A stretch of 64,000 bases of DNA from an uncultured Elusimicrobiales bacterium (GCA_910576915.1 CAJTJT010000001.1:148634-212633); one strand, 5' to 3'; numbered from the stretch's first letter, positions 7,392-17,857 are shown. A program made the numbers and translations. The notes: generated by a model not told the origin, from the letters alone.

Positions 7392-8564
7392 TTAATACCT
7401 CTTGTCCATTTGGCGCGCAGGGCCGCCCGCTGACGCAATGTAAAAATCTGCCTTGAGGCCCGTCTTTTCGGGATAAATGCGGTTGATGGCGTCCATTAAC
7501 GGCTTGACGGCTTCATCCTTGACTAACGCCACCGCACAGCCGCCGAAGCCGCCGCCCGTAATGCGCGCGCCCAATACGCCCTCTACGTTCCAAGCCGTTT
7601 CGGCGATGATGTCCAGTTCCGGCGCGCTCGTTTCGTAATCGTCGCGCAGGGAAACGTGGGACTCGTTCATCAGCTTGCCAAAGGTTGCCAGATCGCCTTT
7701 TTTAAGCGCGGCCGACGCTTGCAGTGTGCGCTGGTTTTCGTACACGGCGTGTTTGGCGCGGCGGCGTTCCACTTCGCTCGTAATCAGGTGTTTGTTTTGT
7801 TCAAATTGTTCAATGGAAAGTTCGCCCAAAGATTTAACGGGGAGTTTCTGCTGCAGCTCTTTTAACGCGTGTTCACATTCTTTGCGCCGCGTGTTGTATT
7901 CGGACGTGACGAGCGCGTGTTTTTTATTGCTGTTGATGATAACGATAGACACGCCGCGCAGGTTAAGCGGTACGTACTCATAATCCAGGGTGTTGCAGTC
8001 GAGCAGGATGGCGTGGTCCTCTTTGCCCATGCCGCTTGCGAACTGGTCCATAATGCCGCAGTTCATGCCGACGAATTTGTTTTCGTCTTCCTGCGCCATT
8101 TTGACGAGTTCCACCTGCGGAATATGCAAATTAAACGCCTTGTTCATGGCTACCGCCGTGGCCAGTTCAATAGACGCCGAGGACGAAAGCCCCGCACCGT
8201 TCGGGATATCGCCCCAGAACAACAGCTCAAAGCCGTGGTCCAGTTTATACCCGTGGTTTTGGATGGTTTTAATCATGCCGAGGGGGTAGTTGGCCCAGTC
8301 CTGTTCTTTTTTGTATTCGATATTGTTTAAATCGGCTTCGATAACGCCTTTTTCCGGCAGATTTAAGGAGTGCAGGCGGATTTTGTCGTCGTCGCGTTTG
8401 CAGAATACGCAGTGCGTGCCGAAAGAAAGCGCGCAGGGGAATACGTGGCCGCCGTTATAGTCCGTATGCTCGCCGATGAGGTTCACGCGCCCCGGGGCGA
8501 AAAAATATAGTTTTTCTTTTTGGAACACTTCATTAAATTTGCTGCGTAATGCTTGTTGGTTCAT
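7392..8564 (-). CDS. galK: Galactokinase
   Basis: Signature GRVNLIGEHTDYNGG, GHMP motif PNGAGLSSSAS, and C-terminal ARITGGGFGGC. Confidence 0.92.
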   Translation of the reverse strand: MNQQALRSKFNEVFQKEKLYFFAPGRVNLIGEHTDYNGGHVFPCALSFGTHCVFCKRDDDKIRLHSLNLPEKGVIEADLNNIEYKKEQDWANYPLGMIKTIQNHGYKLDHGFELLFWGDIPNGAGLSSSASIELATAVAMNKAFNLHIPQVELVKMAQEDENKFVGMNCGIMDQFASGMGKEDHAILLDCNTLDYEYVPLNLRGVSIVIINSNKKHALVTSEYNTRRKECEHALKELQQKLPVKSLGELSIEQFEQNKHLITSEVERRRAKHAVYENQRTLQASAALKKGDLATFGKLMNESHVSLRDDYETSAPELDIIAETAWNVEGVLGARITGGGFGGCAVALVKDEAVKPLMDAINRIYPEKTGLKADFYIASAGGPARQMDKRY

Positions 8565-8598
8565 ATTAAATCTCCTTCCGGGCGTGCCGGAGAAAAAA

Positions 8599-9537
8599 TC
8601 AGCGGACGGTCATTTTCAGCGTCCAGGTATATTTAGCGTGCGGGGGGATGACGGCGGCGCGGCGGATTTTGTCGGCCACGTACAAATCGTCGTACACGCC
8701 CGTGCACGGTTCCAAAGCGATGTTGTAATCCCCGCGGTAGCCGCCCTGCGTTTTCCAAACGCCCAAGTACGGCACTTTGTCGGCGGGATATTCGTAAATT
8801 AATTGTTCGCCCGTATCCGTGTGTTCCACGCCGCACCAGCCGGCGGTGTTGGGGGAGGTAAAGTAAAATTTTTCGCAGTTTTGGGCGGTAACGGGTTCCG
8901 TGGCGGCCAAATCAAACGGGAGGCCGGTTACGTCCACCGTCATGGGATAATTGTGTCGCGTGCCCCACGGCCCCAGGCGGCGGGTGGAGTGTTCCACCGT
9001 CATCACTTCGGTTAAATTGCCGGGGATTAAAAGCCGCGTTGCGGGCGAACAGGTGAGTAAACAGTGCGGTGTCCAAATAAATTTAAACGGTTCGTCCGCG
9101 GTGTTTTCGGCTTCGTATTCGAACAAAATTTCGTTGTTTTTAAGCGTAACCGTGCGGGATAACACGTACGGGAAGCGCTCGCTCCTGACGACGGATTTTA
9201 CGCTTTTCCCGTCCGGCCCGAACGCCGCGCTCCACTGCATGGCCCACACTTCGCCGTGGTCAGGCACCGGGAGGTTTTTCCACGGGCCGTCCGGGTACGG
9301 GCAGGCGTCTATGGACGGGAACACTTCGTCAAACCCGCTGGAATCGTAGGCGGAAAAAGGCGCGCCGTAAGGCGGAATTTCCAGCGTTTCTTTGGATGAT
9401 TGAAACAAAAATTCCCGCCCGGTTTTTTTGGAAACCAGGCTGGCCAGTTTGCAGGCGTAGTCGGGCAGAAAAGTCAGGCGCAGAAAATCATTTTCCAGTA
9501 CCTGCGCTTTAAGGCCTTTGTACTGCGTGTCGGGCAT
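8599..9537 (-). CDS. Aldose 1-epimerase (galactose mutarotase-like) family protein
   Basis: DHGEVW and ALEPCTG motifs in the positions expected for mutarotase-fold enzymes. First gene of the gal cluster. The start was set at MPDTQ to avoid overlap with cdd. Confidence 0.6.
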   Translation of the reverse strand: MPDTQYKGLKAQVLENDFLRLTFLPDYACKLASLVSKKTGREFLFQSSKETLEIPPYGAPFSAYDSSGFDEVFPSIDACPYPDGPWKNLPVPDHGEVWAMQWSAAFGPDGKSVKSVVRSERFPYVLSRTVTLKNNEILFEYEAENTADEPFKFIWTPHCLLTCSPATRLLIPGNLTEVMTVEHSTRRLGPWGTRHNYPMTVDVTGLPFDLAATEPVTAQNCEKFYFTSPNTAGWCGVEHTDTGEQLIYEYPADKVPYLGVWKTQGGYRGDYNIALEPCTGVYDDLYVADKIRRAAVIPPHAKYTWTLKMTVR

Positions 9538-9550
9538 GCGGAAGACCCCC

Positions 9551-9985
9551 TTATTTTTCTGAAAATTTATCAAATGGGAACGGCATTAATTCTTGCAGCT
9601 GTTTGGTGTACACGGTCCGTTTTGGGCCGTCTAACACCGCGATGTAAACGGGCGCGTCGGGCGCGATAAATTCGCTCATCACCTGGCGGCACGCGCCGCA
9701 GGGCGAGTTAAAATCCAGCCCCGGCAGCTTTTGTGTGATAAGCGCCAGTGCGCGAAACTTGCGTTTGCCCGCACCGACGGCGGCAAAAATGGCGTTGCGC
9801 TCGGCGCAGACCGTCAGCCCGTAGGAAGCGTTTTCGATATTGGTGCCCGTAAAAATGCTTCCGTCTTCGGTCAGTACGGCGGCCCCCACTTTAAATTTGG
9901 AGTAGGGGGAATACGAATTTTCGCGCGCCTGTTGGGCCGCGTCCAGTAATTTTTCCTGCTCTTCTTTCGTCAGTGGTGTGTTCAT
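9551..9985 (-). CDS. cdd: Cytidine deaminase
   Basis: Zinc motifs CAERNAI and PCGACRQ. Confidence 0.9.
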   Translation of the reverse strand: MNTPLTKEEQEKLLDAAQQARENSYSPYSKFKVGAAVLTEDGSIFTGTNIENASYGLTVCAERNAIFAAVGAGKRKFRALALITQKLPGLDFNSPCGACRQVMSEFIAPDAPVYIAVLDGPKRTVYTKQLQELMPFPFDKFSEK

Positions 9986-10077
9986 ACTTTTATTCTATAA
10001 TAAAAGAGCGAAAAGTCAACCCCGGCCCGTTCGCGCGCGTACGGGAAAAAGGGTTATGCGTTTTGTTATAATAAATT

Positions 10078-10677
10078 ATGAAAAAATGGATTTTACTGGC
10101 CGCGCTGGCTGCCGGCGCATGGTATTTTATGAAAGGTTCCCCCGAAGTTAAAAATCTGCATAACCCCTATACCGCCATCGTGGCGTTTGGGGACAGCTTA
10201 ACCGCCGGATACGGCGCGCCGAAAGGGGCCTCGTACCCGGACGTTTTAGCCCAAAAACTGGGCCGCCCGGTGGTGAATTTGGGGTTATCCGGCGATACGG
10301 CGGTAAACGCGCCGAACCGCCTGCCGGACGTGCTGGCCCAAAACCCGCACATGGTGCTTATTGAATTCGGCGCGAACGATTTTATGCGCAGTTTACCCTT
10401 GGAAGATGCCGTGGCGGCCGTGGCCCGGGTAGTGGACGAGGTGCAGGCGGCAGGCGCCGTAGCCGTGATTGTGGATACGGGCGGCCCCGGGATGGGGGCA
10501 TATACCAAGGCGTATGAAAAAATGGCCAAAGAGAAACAGGCGGTTTTCGTGCCCGGGATTGTGAAAGGGATTTTTCACGACCGGAGGTATAAGTCCGACA
10601 TGATTCATCCCAACGCCGCCGGATATGAAAAAGTGGCCGAGAAAGTATATAAAGAAATTAAACCGTATTTAAAGTGA
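10078..10677 (+). CDS. SGNH/GDSL hydrolase (TesA-like arylesterase) with N-terminal signal/anchor
   Basis: Motifs FGDSLTAGYG, GANDF and DMIHPN. Confidence 0.8.
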   Translation: MKKWILLAALAAGAWYFMKGSPEVKNLHNPYTAIVAFGDSLTAGYGAPKGASYPDVLAQKLGRPVVNLGLSGDTAVNAPNRLPDVLAQNPHMVLIEFGANDFMRSLPLEDAVAAVARVVDEVQAAGAVAVIVDTGGPGMGAYTKAYEKMAKEKQAVFVPGIVKGIFHDRRYKSDMIHPNAAGYEKVAEKVYKEIKPYLK

Positions 10678-10682
10678 TAACA

Positions 10683-10709
10683 AAGCGGAAGAAAAATCTT
10701 CCGCTTTTT
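10683..10709. terminator. Bidirectional terminator hairpin
   Basis: AAGCGGAAG/CTTCCGCTT flanked by A and T runs, between convergent genes. Confidence 0.7.
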
Positions 10710-11403
10710 AATATTCCCGGTGTGAATTTAAAAGCATTTCTTCGTTATGTGTCCAATAATACCACAGCGAATAAACTGCCATCACTAAACAGAAGGCGGC
10801 AACGGCGTAAAAAATCTGGCCGATAATCAGGTCGTAATCCAACAGCCCGATGGGTTGTAAAATATAATGCCAGTCCCCTTTGACCTCGCCCGGGGCGTAG
10901 TTTGTCATCATATCGGAAGATGTGAGGGGGAGCTGGCTCGCGCGCGCGTCGGAAACGTAGCGCGCCGCGTCGTACCAGGTGGTGCCGCACCAATATAACA
11001 GCGGGGGCAGTACCAAACGCCCTCCCTGCAGCTGCAGAAAAAACAATATGCCTACGGTCGGTACAAGCGTTTCTACGCCGTTTCCGGCCAGCGTGGTCAG
11101 CCAACTGGCCACGGGATAACATTCCCGCGCTCCCAGTGTTTCGCACCCGCCGGAAAACATGTAAGCTCCCATAAATGCGATTTTGCCGACGATATTATGC
11201 GCAAATTCGTGAATCAGGTAATTGGGAAAATAAATAAAAATATTTTCTTGCAGCGTTTTTAAAAATCCTTCTCCCTGCCAGTGAAACACGCACCATACCG
11301 CCGCCAGCGCGCACAAAACCCGCCAAAAATTCCATTTAAAAAACAGGAAACTCTGGCGGTGCGGATCCAGCCGGGAAATAATTTCTTGAATAAATTGAAT
11401 CAT
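10708..11403 (-). CDS. Integral membrane protein with HExxH motif (putative membrane metalloprotease)
   Basis: Multiple hydrophobic segments and LIHEFAHNIVG. Confidence 0.45.
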   Translation of the reverse strand: MIQFIQEIISRLDPHRQSFLFFKWNFWRVLCALAAVWCVFHWQGEGFLKTLQENIFIYFPNYLIHEFAHNIVGKIAFMGAYMFSGGCETLGARECYPVASWLTTLAGNGVETLVPTVGILFFLQLQGGRLVLPPLLYWCGTTWYDAARYVSDARASQLPLTSSDMMTNYAPGEVKGDWHYILQPIGLLDYDLIIGQIFYAVAAFCLVMAVYSLWYYWTHNEEMLLNSHREY

Positions 11404-12137
11404 TTTAAGTATTTAATGCGTCCGTGATATTTCTTTTCCAGTTTGGCGTTGTGTTCATCCCCGCCCGCATTACTGCTTTTGTAAACGGGCAGTTCAAGGC
11501 CTTTTTCCGCCAGTATTTCCGCCGCGCGCACGAGTACCGCGTGAAATAAACACGAAGCGGCGACGCTGGAAACCGGTCCCGTCTGAACGCCGGCCGTTAC
11601 CAAGGCGGTTTCGTTGGCACTGCAGCAGTTATCAAGCGTTAAGTCGGCCGCGTCTTTTAACAAAAGGCCGCTGGAGTGGCGGGATTTGCTTTGTGTGTGC
11701 GCTCCTGCGGCGGTAACGGCCACCGTTTTTACGCCCTGCTTTTTGGCGTATAAAATGGCGTCCACACCCGCCGGGTTCCGGCCGGAATTGGAAAAAACAA
11801 ACAGGATGTCCTGCGGGTTCAGTTCGTGGCGCGCGAGGACGGCGTTTGCGTAGCCTTCCAAGCGTTCGAAAGCGGTCCCGGCCAAGGCTCCGCATTGGAA
11901 CATCAGCCCCGGGTCCAGTATCGCATTAACGGCGGCAAAACAGCCGCTTCGGTGGAAGGGCTCCAGGGCCGCGCTGGCGCTGTGGCCGCAGCCAAACGTA
12001 TGAATGACGCCGCCTTTTTCAAGCGTGTCTGCCGTCAGCCGGGCGGCCGTTTCCATCCGGGCGGATTGGGTTTTTTCGATTTTGGACAGCACCTCCTCCA
12101 CCGCGGAGAAATAAGCGTTTTTAAAGGTATGGGTCAT
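11400..12137 (-). CDS. SIS (sugar isomerase) domain protein, UPF0309-like
   Basis: GGVIHTFGCGHSASAALE and FVFSNSGRNPAGVD motifs. The start was trimmed to MTHTFKN, leaving a divergent intergenic region before 12196. Confidence 0.65.
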   Translation of the reverse strand: MTHTFKNAYFSAVEEVLSKIEKTQSARMETAARLTADTLEKGGVIHTFGCGHSASAALEPFHRSGCFAAVNAILDPGLMFQCGALAGTAFERLEGYANAVLARHELNPQDILFVFSNSGRNPAGVDAILYAKKQGVKTVAVTAAGAHTQSKSRHSSGLLLKDAADLTLDNCCSANETALVTAGVQTGPVSSVAASCLFHAVLVRAAEILAEKGLELPVYKSSNAGGDEHNAKLEKKYHGRIKYLK

Positions 12138-12195
12138 AGCTTTATTATACTCTAATCCGGGCGCGCCGTACGGCCGGATTTTGTAGAATACCCAT

Positions 12196-14202
12196 ATGAA
12201 GATTTTTCGTTTATTTCTATTGCTTTTGGCGGCGGCGGGGCTGGCCGCCTGCTCCCATTCCACGCGTAAGACGGATATGCTCCGCAGTGTGGCTACCCAC
12301 CGGGCGGACCCGGCGGCGGCGTTTGTTTCCGGCGGTAAATTGTTTATTCGCTACGCCTGGGAAAATGAACCGTTTTATTTTACGTCGGATTTAAAAGAAA
12401 CCGGGAAGGATGAAGCGTTATTATCACTCCGCGGCGTAAAAAAAGGGGACGGGTTCCCGGATAAACAGCCGGTGGCCATTGTCGGCCGGGAGTGGGGGGA
12501 AGTAATCAAGCAGACGCTCCTCCCGTTGGTGCCGGAACATGAAAACCAGGGACTGATTATCTTTTTAAATACGCAGGAAACCATGCTCTTGCGCCGGGCG
12601 GACGGATCGGCGGACTTAATTTTGCTTAAAGACGCGCCGGGCGAGGTGGAAATTGTCGGTAAATTGGACGCGGAGCAATTTGCCCGCCTGGCTTATGAAC
12701 AGCTTAAAAAAATGACGGCGGTTTCCGGCACGTCTTACACGCGGTTTTTACTGCGCCTGGACAATGTGCCCATGTCCCCTTACGTATATGTGGATACGCA
12801 AAACGATTTGGGCATGCGGCTTGTGTTGCCGGATTATTATGAAGTAAAAAAAGAGATGACCTCGCTGGGGTTTTCCGCTTCGTTTATTTATTCCTTTTTT
12901 ATCAAAAGCCACTTGTGGGGCGCTGTAAAAGCGCCGTTTACTACGTCGCACCGATTGTTTGCGGCGGGAACTTCCAGCGTGTATACGATGTTTCCTCCGC
13001 ACGTGGGCGATTTGGACGAAGTGCCTCCGCTTAATTTGTCGGGCGAAGAAATGGACTTGAGCGATTTTAATAAATGGCTCGACAAACATATCAGCAAACA
13101 AAATTACAAAGCGAGCGTAACGCTTTTAATTGACGGGCAGGAGTTCTTCCCGCATTTTATGCTGGCGATGCAGCGCGCGCAGGAGAGCATTTTTACAAGC
13201 GTGTATATTTTTATGGCGGACCCGTACGGCTTGTCTATTGCCGACGTGATGAAAAAGCGCGCCGCCGAAGGAATTGACGTGCGCGTAGTGGTGGATGAAC
13301 TCAATACCGTGCTTAATTCGGGCAAGAACCCGGAATTAAAACCGGCGGAAGACTTTGTAATGCCTAAATATATTACGTCGTATATCCGCAAAAAATCCCG
13401 CGCCAAAGCGCGCACGCATTTAAACCCGTGGAGCACGTTTGACCACAGCAAAGTGTATATTATCGACCGCAAACTGGCCTACACGGGCGGAATGAACATT
13501 GGTGAAGAATACCGCTATACGTGGCACGATATGATGGTGGCGCTGGAAGGGCCCGTGGTCGGGCGGCTTGTAAAGAACTTCTATCAGAATTGGTCTTTCA
13601 CCGGGTGGGGAGGCGACTGGGCCGCCGGGTATCGCAAGCTGTTCAGCAAAAAACAGCGTGAAGTAAACCGCGCCGCGCCCGGCATGATTGACGTGCGGCT
13701 GATGTACACCAAACCCAACGATTCCGAAATTTTTAACGCCCAGCGCGAGGCCATCCGCCGCGCCAAAAAACGCATTTATATCGAAAACGCATATTTTTCC
13801 GACGACCGCATTGTAAAAGAGTTAATCGCCGCACGCGGACGCGGGGTGGACGTGCGCGTGATTCTGCCCGGCAAAAACGACGTGGGTATTATGGATAAAA
13901 ACAACCGTTTTATGGCCAACAAACTTTTTAAAAACGGCGTGCGCGTGTATTTTTATAACGGGATGAGCCACGTCAAAGCCGCCGTGTATGACGGCTGGGC
14001 GGTGGTGGGCTCGGCCAATTTCGACAAAATGAGCCTGTACGTCAACAAAGAAATGAGCCTGGGAATTTCCGACCCGGCGTTTGTGAGCGAACTGACGGAA
14101 CGGCTGTTTGAAAAGGATTTCGAAAACTCCGAGGAAATGACGGAGCCCATGGAACTGGCCTGGACGTACTTTTTAATTAACGGCCTGACCAACCAATTAT
14201 AA
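12196..14202 (+). CDS. Phospholipase D / cardiolipin synthase-like lipoprotein (two HKD motifs) with an unknown ~300-aa N-terminal domain
   Basis: Lipobox LAAC. HKD motifs HSKVYIID...GGMNIG and HVKAAVYD...GSANFD. Confidence 0.8.
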   Translation: MKIFRLFLLLLAAAGLAACSHSTRKTDMLRSVATHRADPAAAFVSGGKLFIRYAWENEPFYFTSDLKETGKDEALLSLRGVKKGDGFPDKQPVAIVGREWGEVIKQTLLPLVPEHENQGLIIFLNTQETMLLRRADGSADLILLKDAPGEVEIVGKLDAEQFARLAYEQLKKMTAVSGTSYTRFLLRLDNVPMSPYVYVDTQNDLGMRLVLPDYYEVKKEMTSLGFSASFIYSFFIKSHLWGAVKAPFTTSHRLFAAGTSSVYTMFPPHVGDLDEVPPLNLSGEEMDLSDFNKWLDKHISKQNYKASVTLLIDGQEFFPHFMLAMQRAQESIFTSVYIFMADPYGLSIADVMKKRAAEGIDVRVVVDELNTVLNSGKNPELKPAEDFVMPKYITSYIRKKSRAKARTHLNPWSTFDHSKVYIIDRKLAYTGGMNIGEEYRYTWHDMMVALEGPVVGRLVKNFYQNWSFTGWGGDWAAGYRKLFSKKQREVNRAAPGMIDVRLMYTKPNDSEIFNAQREAIRRAKKRIYIENAYFSDDRIVKELIAARGRGVDVRVILPGKNDVGIMDKNNRFMANKLFKNGVRVYFYNGMSHVKAAVYDGWAVVGSANFDKMSLYVNKEMSLGISDPAFVSELTERLFEKDFENSEEMTEPMELAWTYFLINGLTNQL

Positions 14203-14297
14203 ATACGGAAATTTTTTGAACCCGGGCGCGAACAGCGGCCCGGGTCTTTTTATGCAAAAGAACCCCCGGTGGGGCCGGGGGCTGTTTTAGTTCTAAA

Positions 14298-15584
14298 TTA
14301 TTTTTTCAGCGGTTCCAGTTCGCGTTCGTAACCTTCCGCCGCTACCACGCGGGCTTTGAAAATACTTCCCGTTTCCACCGGTTTTGTAAACGTTACTTTG
14401 CCGTCAATATCCGGCGCGTCTTTGTAGGTGCGGCCGAAATCGGGTCCGTCGGCAATCGCTTCTAAGGTGGTGCCGAGTAAGCGTTTGTTAATACGGTCGA
14501 TGACGCGGCTTTGCGTTTCCACAAGCGCGGCGGAGCGTTCCGCTTTTACTTCCTGCGCGATTTGTTCCATATCGTAGGCGGCGGTGCCGGGTTCACGGAA
14601 GTATTCAAATACGCCCATGTTGTCAAACTCGTATTCCTGAATGAATTTTTGAAGTTCCTTAAAATCCGCTTCCGTTTCGCCGGGGAAGCCGACGATAAAA
14701 TTCGTGCGTAAGGAAATATCCGGCACTTCGGTTTTGAGCATGTCCAGCGTGGCGCGGATTTGCGCCGCGTCACAATGGCGGTTCATGCGTTTTAACACCG
14801 GGTCGGCGATGTGCTGGAGGGGAATGTCGATATAATGGAAAATTTTGTCCGTCCCCGCCATCAGCCGCGCGAGCTCTTTGGTTACGCGGTGCGGGTAGCC
14901 GTACATAATGCGCAGACGCCCCAAACCGTCGATTTTAAGCAGTTTCTCCAAGAGTTCCACCAGCTGCGGCTTGCCGTACAAATCCATGCCGTAGGACGTG
15001 GTATCCTGCGCAATAAGCGAAATTTCTTTCACGCCGTTTTGCGTCATCAGTTCGGCTTCGCGCAGTACGTCTTCCATCGGTTTGGAGCGGTACACGCCGC
15101 GGATGAACGGAATCGTGCAATAGGCGCAGCGGTTGTTGCATCCGTCCGCTACTTTCAGATAGGCGGTGTGCGGGGCGGTTAAACTCATTTTATACTCCGG
15201 CAGATAAAGGGATTTCGGCAAAGGTTCCAAAATAACGCCCTGGTGGGTGAGGGTTTCTTCGATGGTTTCCTGCGCGGAAATGGAAAACAGCGTGTCAATT
15301 CCCGGGAATTCTTTGGCCACAGCTTCTTTAAAACGTTCGACCAGGCATCCCGTCACGGCTACTTTTTTGACGACACCCGCCTTTTTTTGCGCTAACGCCC
15401 AGCGGATTTCTTCTTTGGCTTCCTGCACGGCGGAGTCGATAAACCCGCAGGTATTAACGATGATTTCGTCCGCTTCTTCGGGGTTAAAAACCATCTCGTG
15501 GCCGTTGGCCAGGAGGCGTGCGGAAAATTCCTCACTGTTGGTTAAGTTTTTGGGGCATCCCAGGCTGATTAAGTAAAATTTCAT
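14298..15584 (-). CDS. rimO: Ribosomal protein S12 methylthiotransferase
   Basis: N-terminal LGCPKN, radical-SAM motif CNNRCAYC, C-terminal TRAM-like region, 428 aa. Confidence 0.85.
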   Translation of the reverse strand: MKFYLISLGCPKNLTNSEEFSARLLANGHEMVFNPEEADEIIVNTCGFIDSAVQEAKEEIRWALAQKKAGVVKKVAVTGCLVERFKEAVAKEFPGIDTLFSISAQETIEETLTHQGVILEPLPKSLYLPEYKMSLTAPHTAYLKVADGCNNRCAYCTIPFIRGVYRSKPMEDVLREAELMTQNGVKEISLIAQDTTSYGMDLYGKPQLVELLEKLLKIDGLGRLRIMYGYPHRVTKELARLMAGTDKIFHYIDIPLQHIADPVLKRMNRHCDAAQIRATLDMLKTEVPDISLRTNFIVGFPGETEADFKELQKFIQEYEFDNMGVFEYFREPGTAAYDMEQIAQEVKAERSAALVETQSRVIDRINKRLLGTTLEAIADGPDFGRTYKDAPDIDGKVTFTKPVETGSIFKARVVAAEGYERELEPLKK

Positions 15585-15592
15585 AAGTTCCT

Positions 15593-16978
15593 CTATACCG
15601 CCACGTCTTCGGTTTTAACGGGCTTGTCGTCTTCGTCTTCGTCGTCTTTGTCATGCGCCAAAAGGGCCATGCCAAACGTTACAACGCCGATGCGTCCCAC
15701 AATCATCGTGGCGATGATGATTAGTTTGCCCAGCGCGGATAACTGGGAAGTAATCCCCGTAGAAAGCCCCGCCGTACCCAGCGCGGCGGAAGATTCAAAC
15801 ACGAGGCCGATAAACGGCAAGTCTTCCGTCCAGGTCAGCAAAAATACACTGACAAACAAAAAGAATGCGTATACCAAAAACATGGAGGTGGCCGCATACA
15901 AACGCAGCAGCGGCAGGCGGCGGCCCAAAAATTCCACGCGCGTGTTCAAACGCAGGCGGTTGTACATAATGGCGAGCATACTGCAAAAAGTGGTGGTTTT
16001 CATACCGCCCGCCGTGCCGGAGGGGGAACCGCCTATGTTCATTAACAGAACTAAAATAAGCAGCGAACACGAGGATAATCCGCCCACGTTGACGGTATTA
16101 AAACCCGCCGTCGTCATCGCGCTGACGGACTGGAAGAACGCTTCCAAAAGCGTAATGCCCGGTGTGGTTACAAACAGTGTAAACGTGCCAAAAGCCACCA
16201 TGCCGGCCGTGGCGAGGACGATAATTTTGGTGGTAAACGAGATTTGTTTGGTTTTGCGGCGGATAAAATTAAATACGTCCGTCACCACGATAAAACCCAT
16301 CGCGCCGGAAAGAGCCAGGCAGGAAATGACGATGTTCATCGTCTTGCTGTCGGCAAAGGTTTCCATGCTGTTGGGCCACAGCGAAAAACCCGCCGTACAA
16401 AACGCCGAAACGCTGTGGAATATACCGTACCAGGCGGCGTCGAAAATCCCGAAATCGTGATGGCGGAAATAGTTGAACAAAAATACCGCGCCAATCAGTT
16501 CCGCAATCACGGTAAACCCGACGGCGGCCCATAAAAAGTCCGACAGTTTTAATGTTTTGGGTAAAGACACTTCGGCATTTAAATTTTCCTGCTGGTATTT
16601 GCGCAGGCGGTGCCGCTCGGAAAATGATAAATAGACAAACGAGGAGAACGTCATGTACCCCACCCCGCCGATTTGGATGAGGATAAGAACCACCAGTTTG
16701 CCCAAAAAAGTGTAGGAATCGGCGAAATTGACGCTGTTCAGCCCGGTGGTGGAAACGGCCGCGGCGGAGGTGAACAGGTTATCCAGCAGGGATACGTCCG
16801 TCGTGTTCATAAACGGCAGGGAAAGAGCAATCCACCCCAAAAACGTATAAGCCAAAATGGTCTGCGCGATGTTTTGGTGCGGCGTCAAATGCACCAAAAA
16901 CAGCGTATATTTTTTAAAGGAAATTTTAATAAATTCTTTCGTTTTGGCGTATGCTTCGCGCCAGTTTATTTTTGCCAT
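15593..16978 (-). CDS. trkH: TrkH/KtrB-family potassium transporter
   Basis: Polytopic membrane protein with repeated pore-loop TTGL/TAGF/TTAGF/GTAGL motifs. Confidence 0.8.
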   Translation of the reverse strand: MAKINWREAYAKTKEFIKISFKKYTLFLVHLTPHQNIAQTILAYTFLGWIALSLPFMNTTDVSLLDNLFTSAAAVSTTGLNSVNFADSYTFLGKLVVLILIQIGGVGYMTFSSFVYLSFSERHRLRKYQQENLNAEVSLPKTLKLSDFLWAAVGFTVIAELIGAVFLFNYFRHHDFGIFDAAWYGIFHSVSAFCTAGFSLWPNSMETFADSKTMNIVISCLALSGAMGFIVVTDVFNFIRRKTKQISFTTKIIVLATAGMVAFGTFTLFVTTPGITLLEAFFQSVSAMTTAGFNTVNVGGLSSCSLLILVLLMNIGGSPSGTAGGMKTTTFCSMLAIMYNRLRLNTRVEFLGRRLPLLRLYAATSMFLVYAFFLFVSVFLLTWTEDLPFIGLVFESSAALGTAGLSTGITSQLSALGKLIIIATMIVGRIGVVTFGMALLAHDKDDEDEDDKPVKTEDVAV

Positions 16979-17028
16979 ATACCCTTATTATATAAATTTG
17001 CCCGCTTGCGTCCAACGCGCCGCGGGTA

Positions 17029-17832
17029 TCAGTCGGCGCGTTGCAGTACGTAATAAGCGGGTTCTTGTCCGCGGAAAATATAATCGCCGCTTTTCCATTC
17101 AAAGAACATATATTCTTTGCCGTCAATTCTTTTAATGGTATAGGCGGAAGCTGTTTTATCTCCGTGGTGCAGGACGTAGCCTTTTGTCCAGGTAATGGCG
17201 GGGGACATGGGTGTTTTGCCTTTGGGCAGGAACGTGAGGGTTTTCAGGTATAAATCGCCGCGCCAGTATTTTTTACCGGGAGTAAAATCTTCCGGTGTAA
17301 ATACAAAGTCCACGGTTTGCCATTGGCCTAACACTTTTTTGTCATTTTTAAAAGCCAGGTTTAGGTTGTCTTCCCGGATGCCGGAAGTCTTTTTTAAAAC
17401 ATAATACTGGGGTTCCATGTTCAGGCACAGATAGTCGCCGCTTTTCCATTGTAAAAATAAGTAGGTATCCCCGCCGATTTCTTTGATTTCGTACGCTTGG
17501 TCGGTCCGGTCCCCGCGGTGCAGAACATGTCCTTTCGTCCACGTTTCAGGGCTGCCGGCGATTTTGCCGTTTGGCAGGAAAACCATTTCTTTTAAGAAAA
17601 GATCCCGGCTGACGGTTCTAGGCGCGGCGGGGTCAAAATCTTGCGGAGTCGGGACGAAGTCTACCGATTCCCAGCGCCCGAGCAGGGCCGGATCGTTTTC
17701 AAACGGCAGGTTTACGTTGTCATGCCGTTCGTGGGTTTTCTTCCCGGGGAAAACAGCACGGCAGTCTATCGCCGCGGCAGAAACAGAAAACGCGGCCAGT
17801 GTTAAAACAATGAGTGAAAGACGTTTTATCAT
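17029..17832 (-). CDS. Secreted protein made of two tandem homologous ~110-aa domains, function unknown
   Basis: Signal peptide. Internal duplication: NLPFENDPALLGRWESVDFVPTPQDF...WTKGHVLHRGDRTDQAYEIK...WKSGDY...YYVLKK versus NLAFKNDKKVLGQWQTVDFVFTPEDF...WTKGYVLHHGDKTASAYTIK...WKSGDY...YYVLQR. Confidence 0.6.
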   Translation of the reverse strand: MIKRLSLIVLTLAAFSVSAAAIDCRAVFPGKKTHERHDNVNLPFENDPALLGRWESVDFVPTPQDFDPAAPRTVSRDLFLKEMVFLPNGKIAGSPETWTKGHVLHRGDRTDQAYEIKEIGGDTYLFLQWKSGDYLCLNMEPQYYVLKKTSGIREDNLNLAFKNDKKVLGQWQTVDFVFTPEDFTPGKKYWRGDLYLKTLTFLPKGKTPMSPAITWTKGYVLHHGDKTASAYTIKRIDGKEYMFFEWKSGDYIFRGQEPAYYVLQRAD

Positions 17833-17857
17833 AATGATTCTCCTTTTATTATTCTTA

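Noticed and set aside
15624-16460. 278-aa plus-strand ORF
   Set aside because: It is entirely antisense to the well-supported TrkH/KtrB gene. Its composition is low-complexity (Ser/Pro/Val-rich), it has no RBS, and it is a typical shadow ORF of GC-rich DNA.
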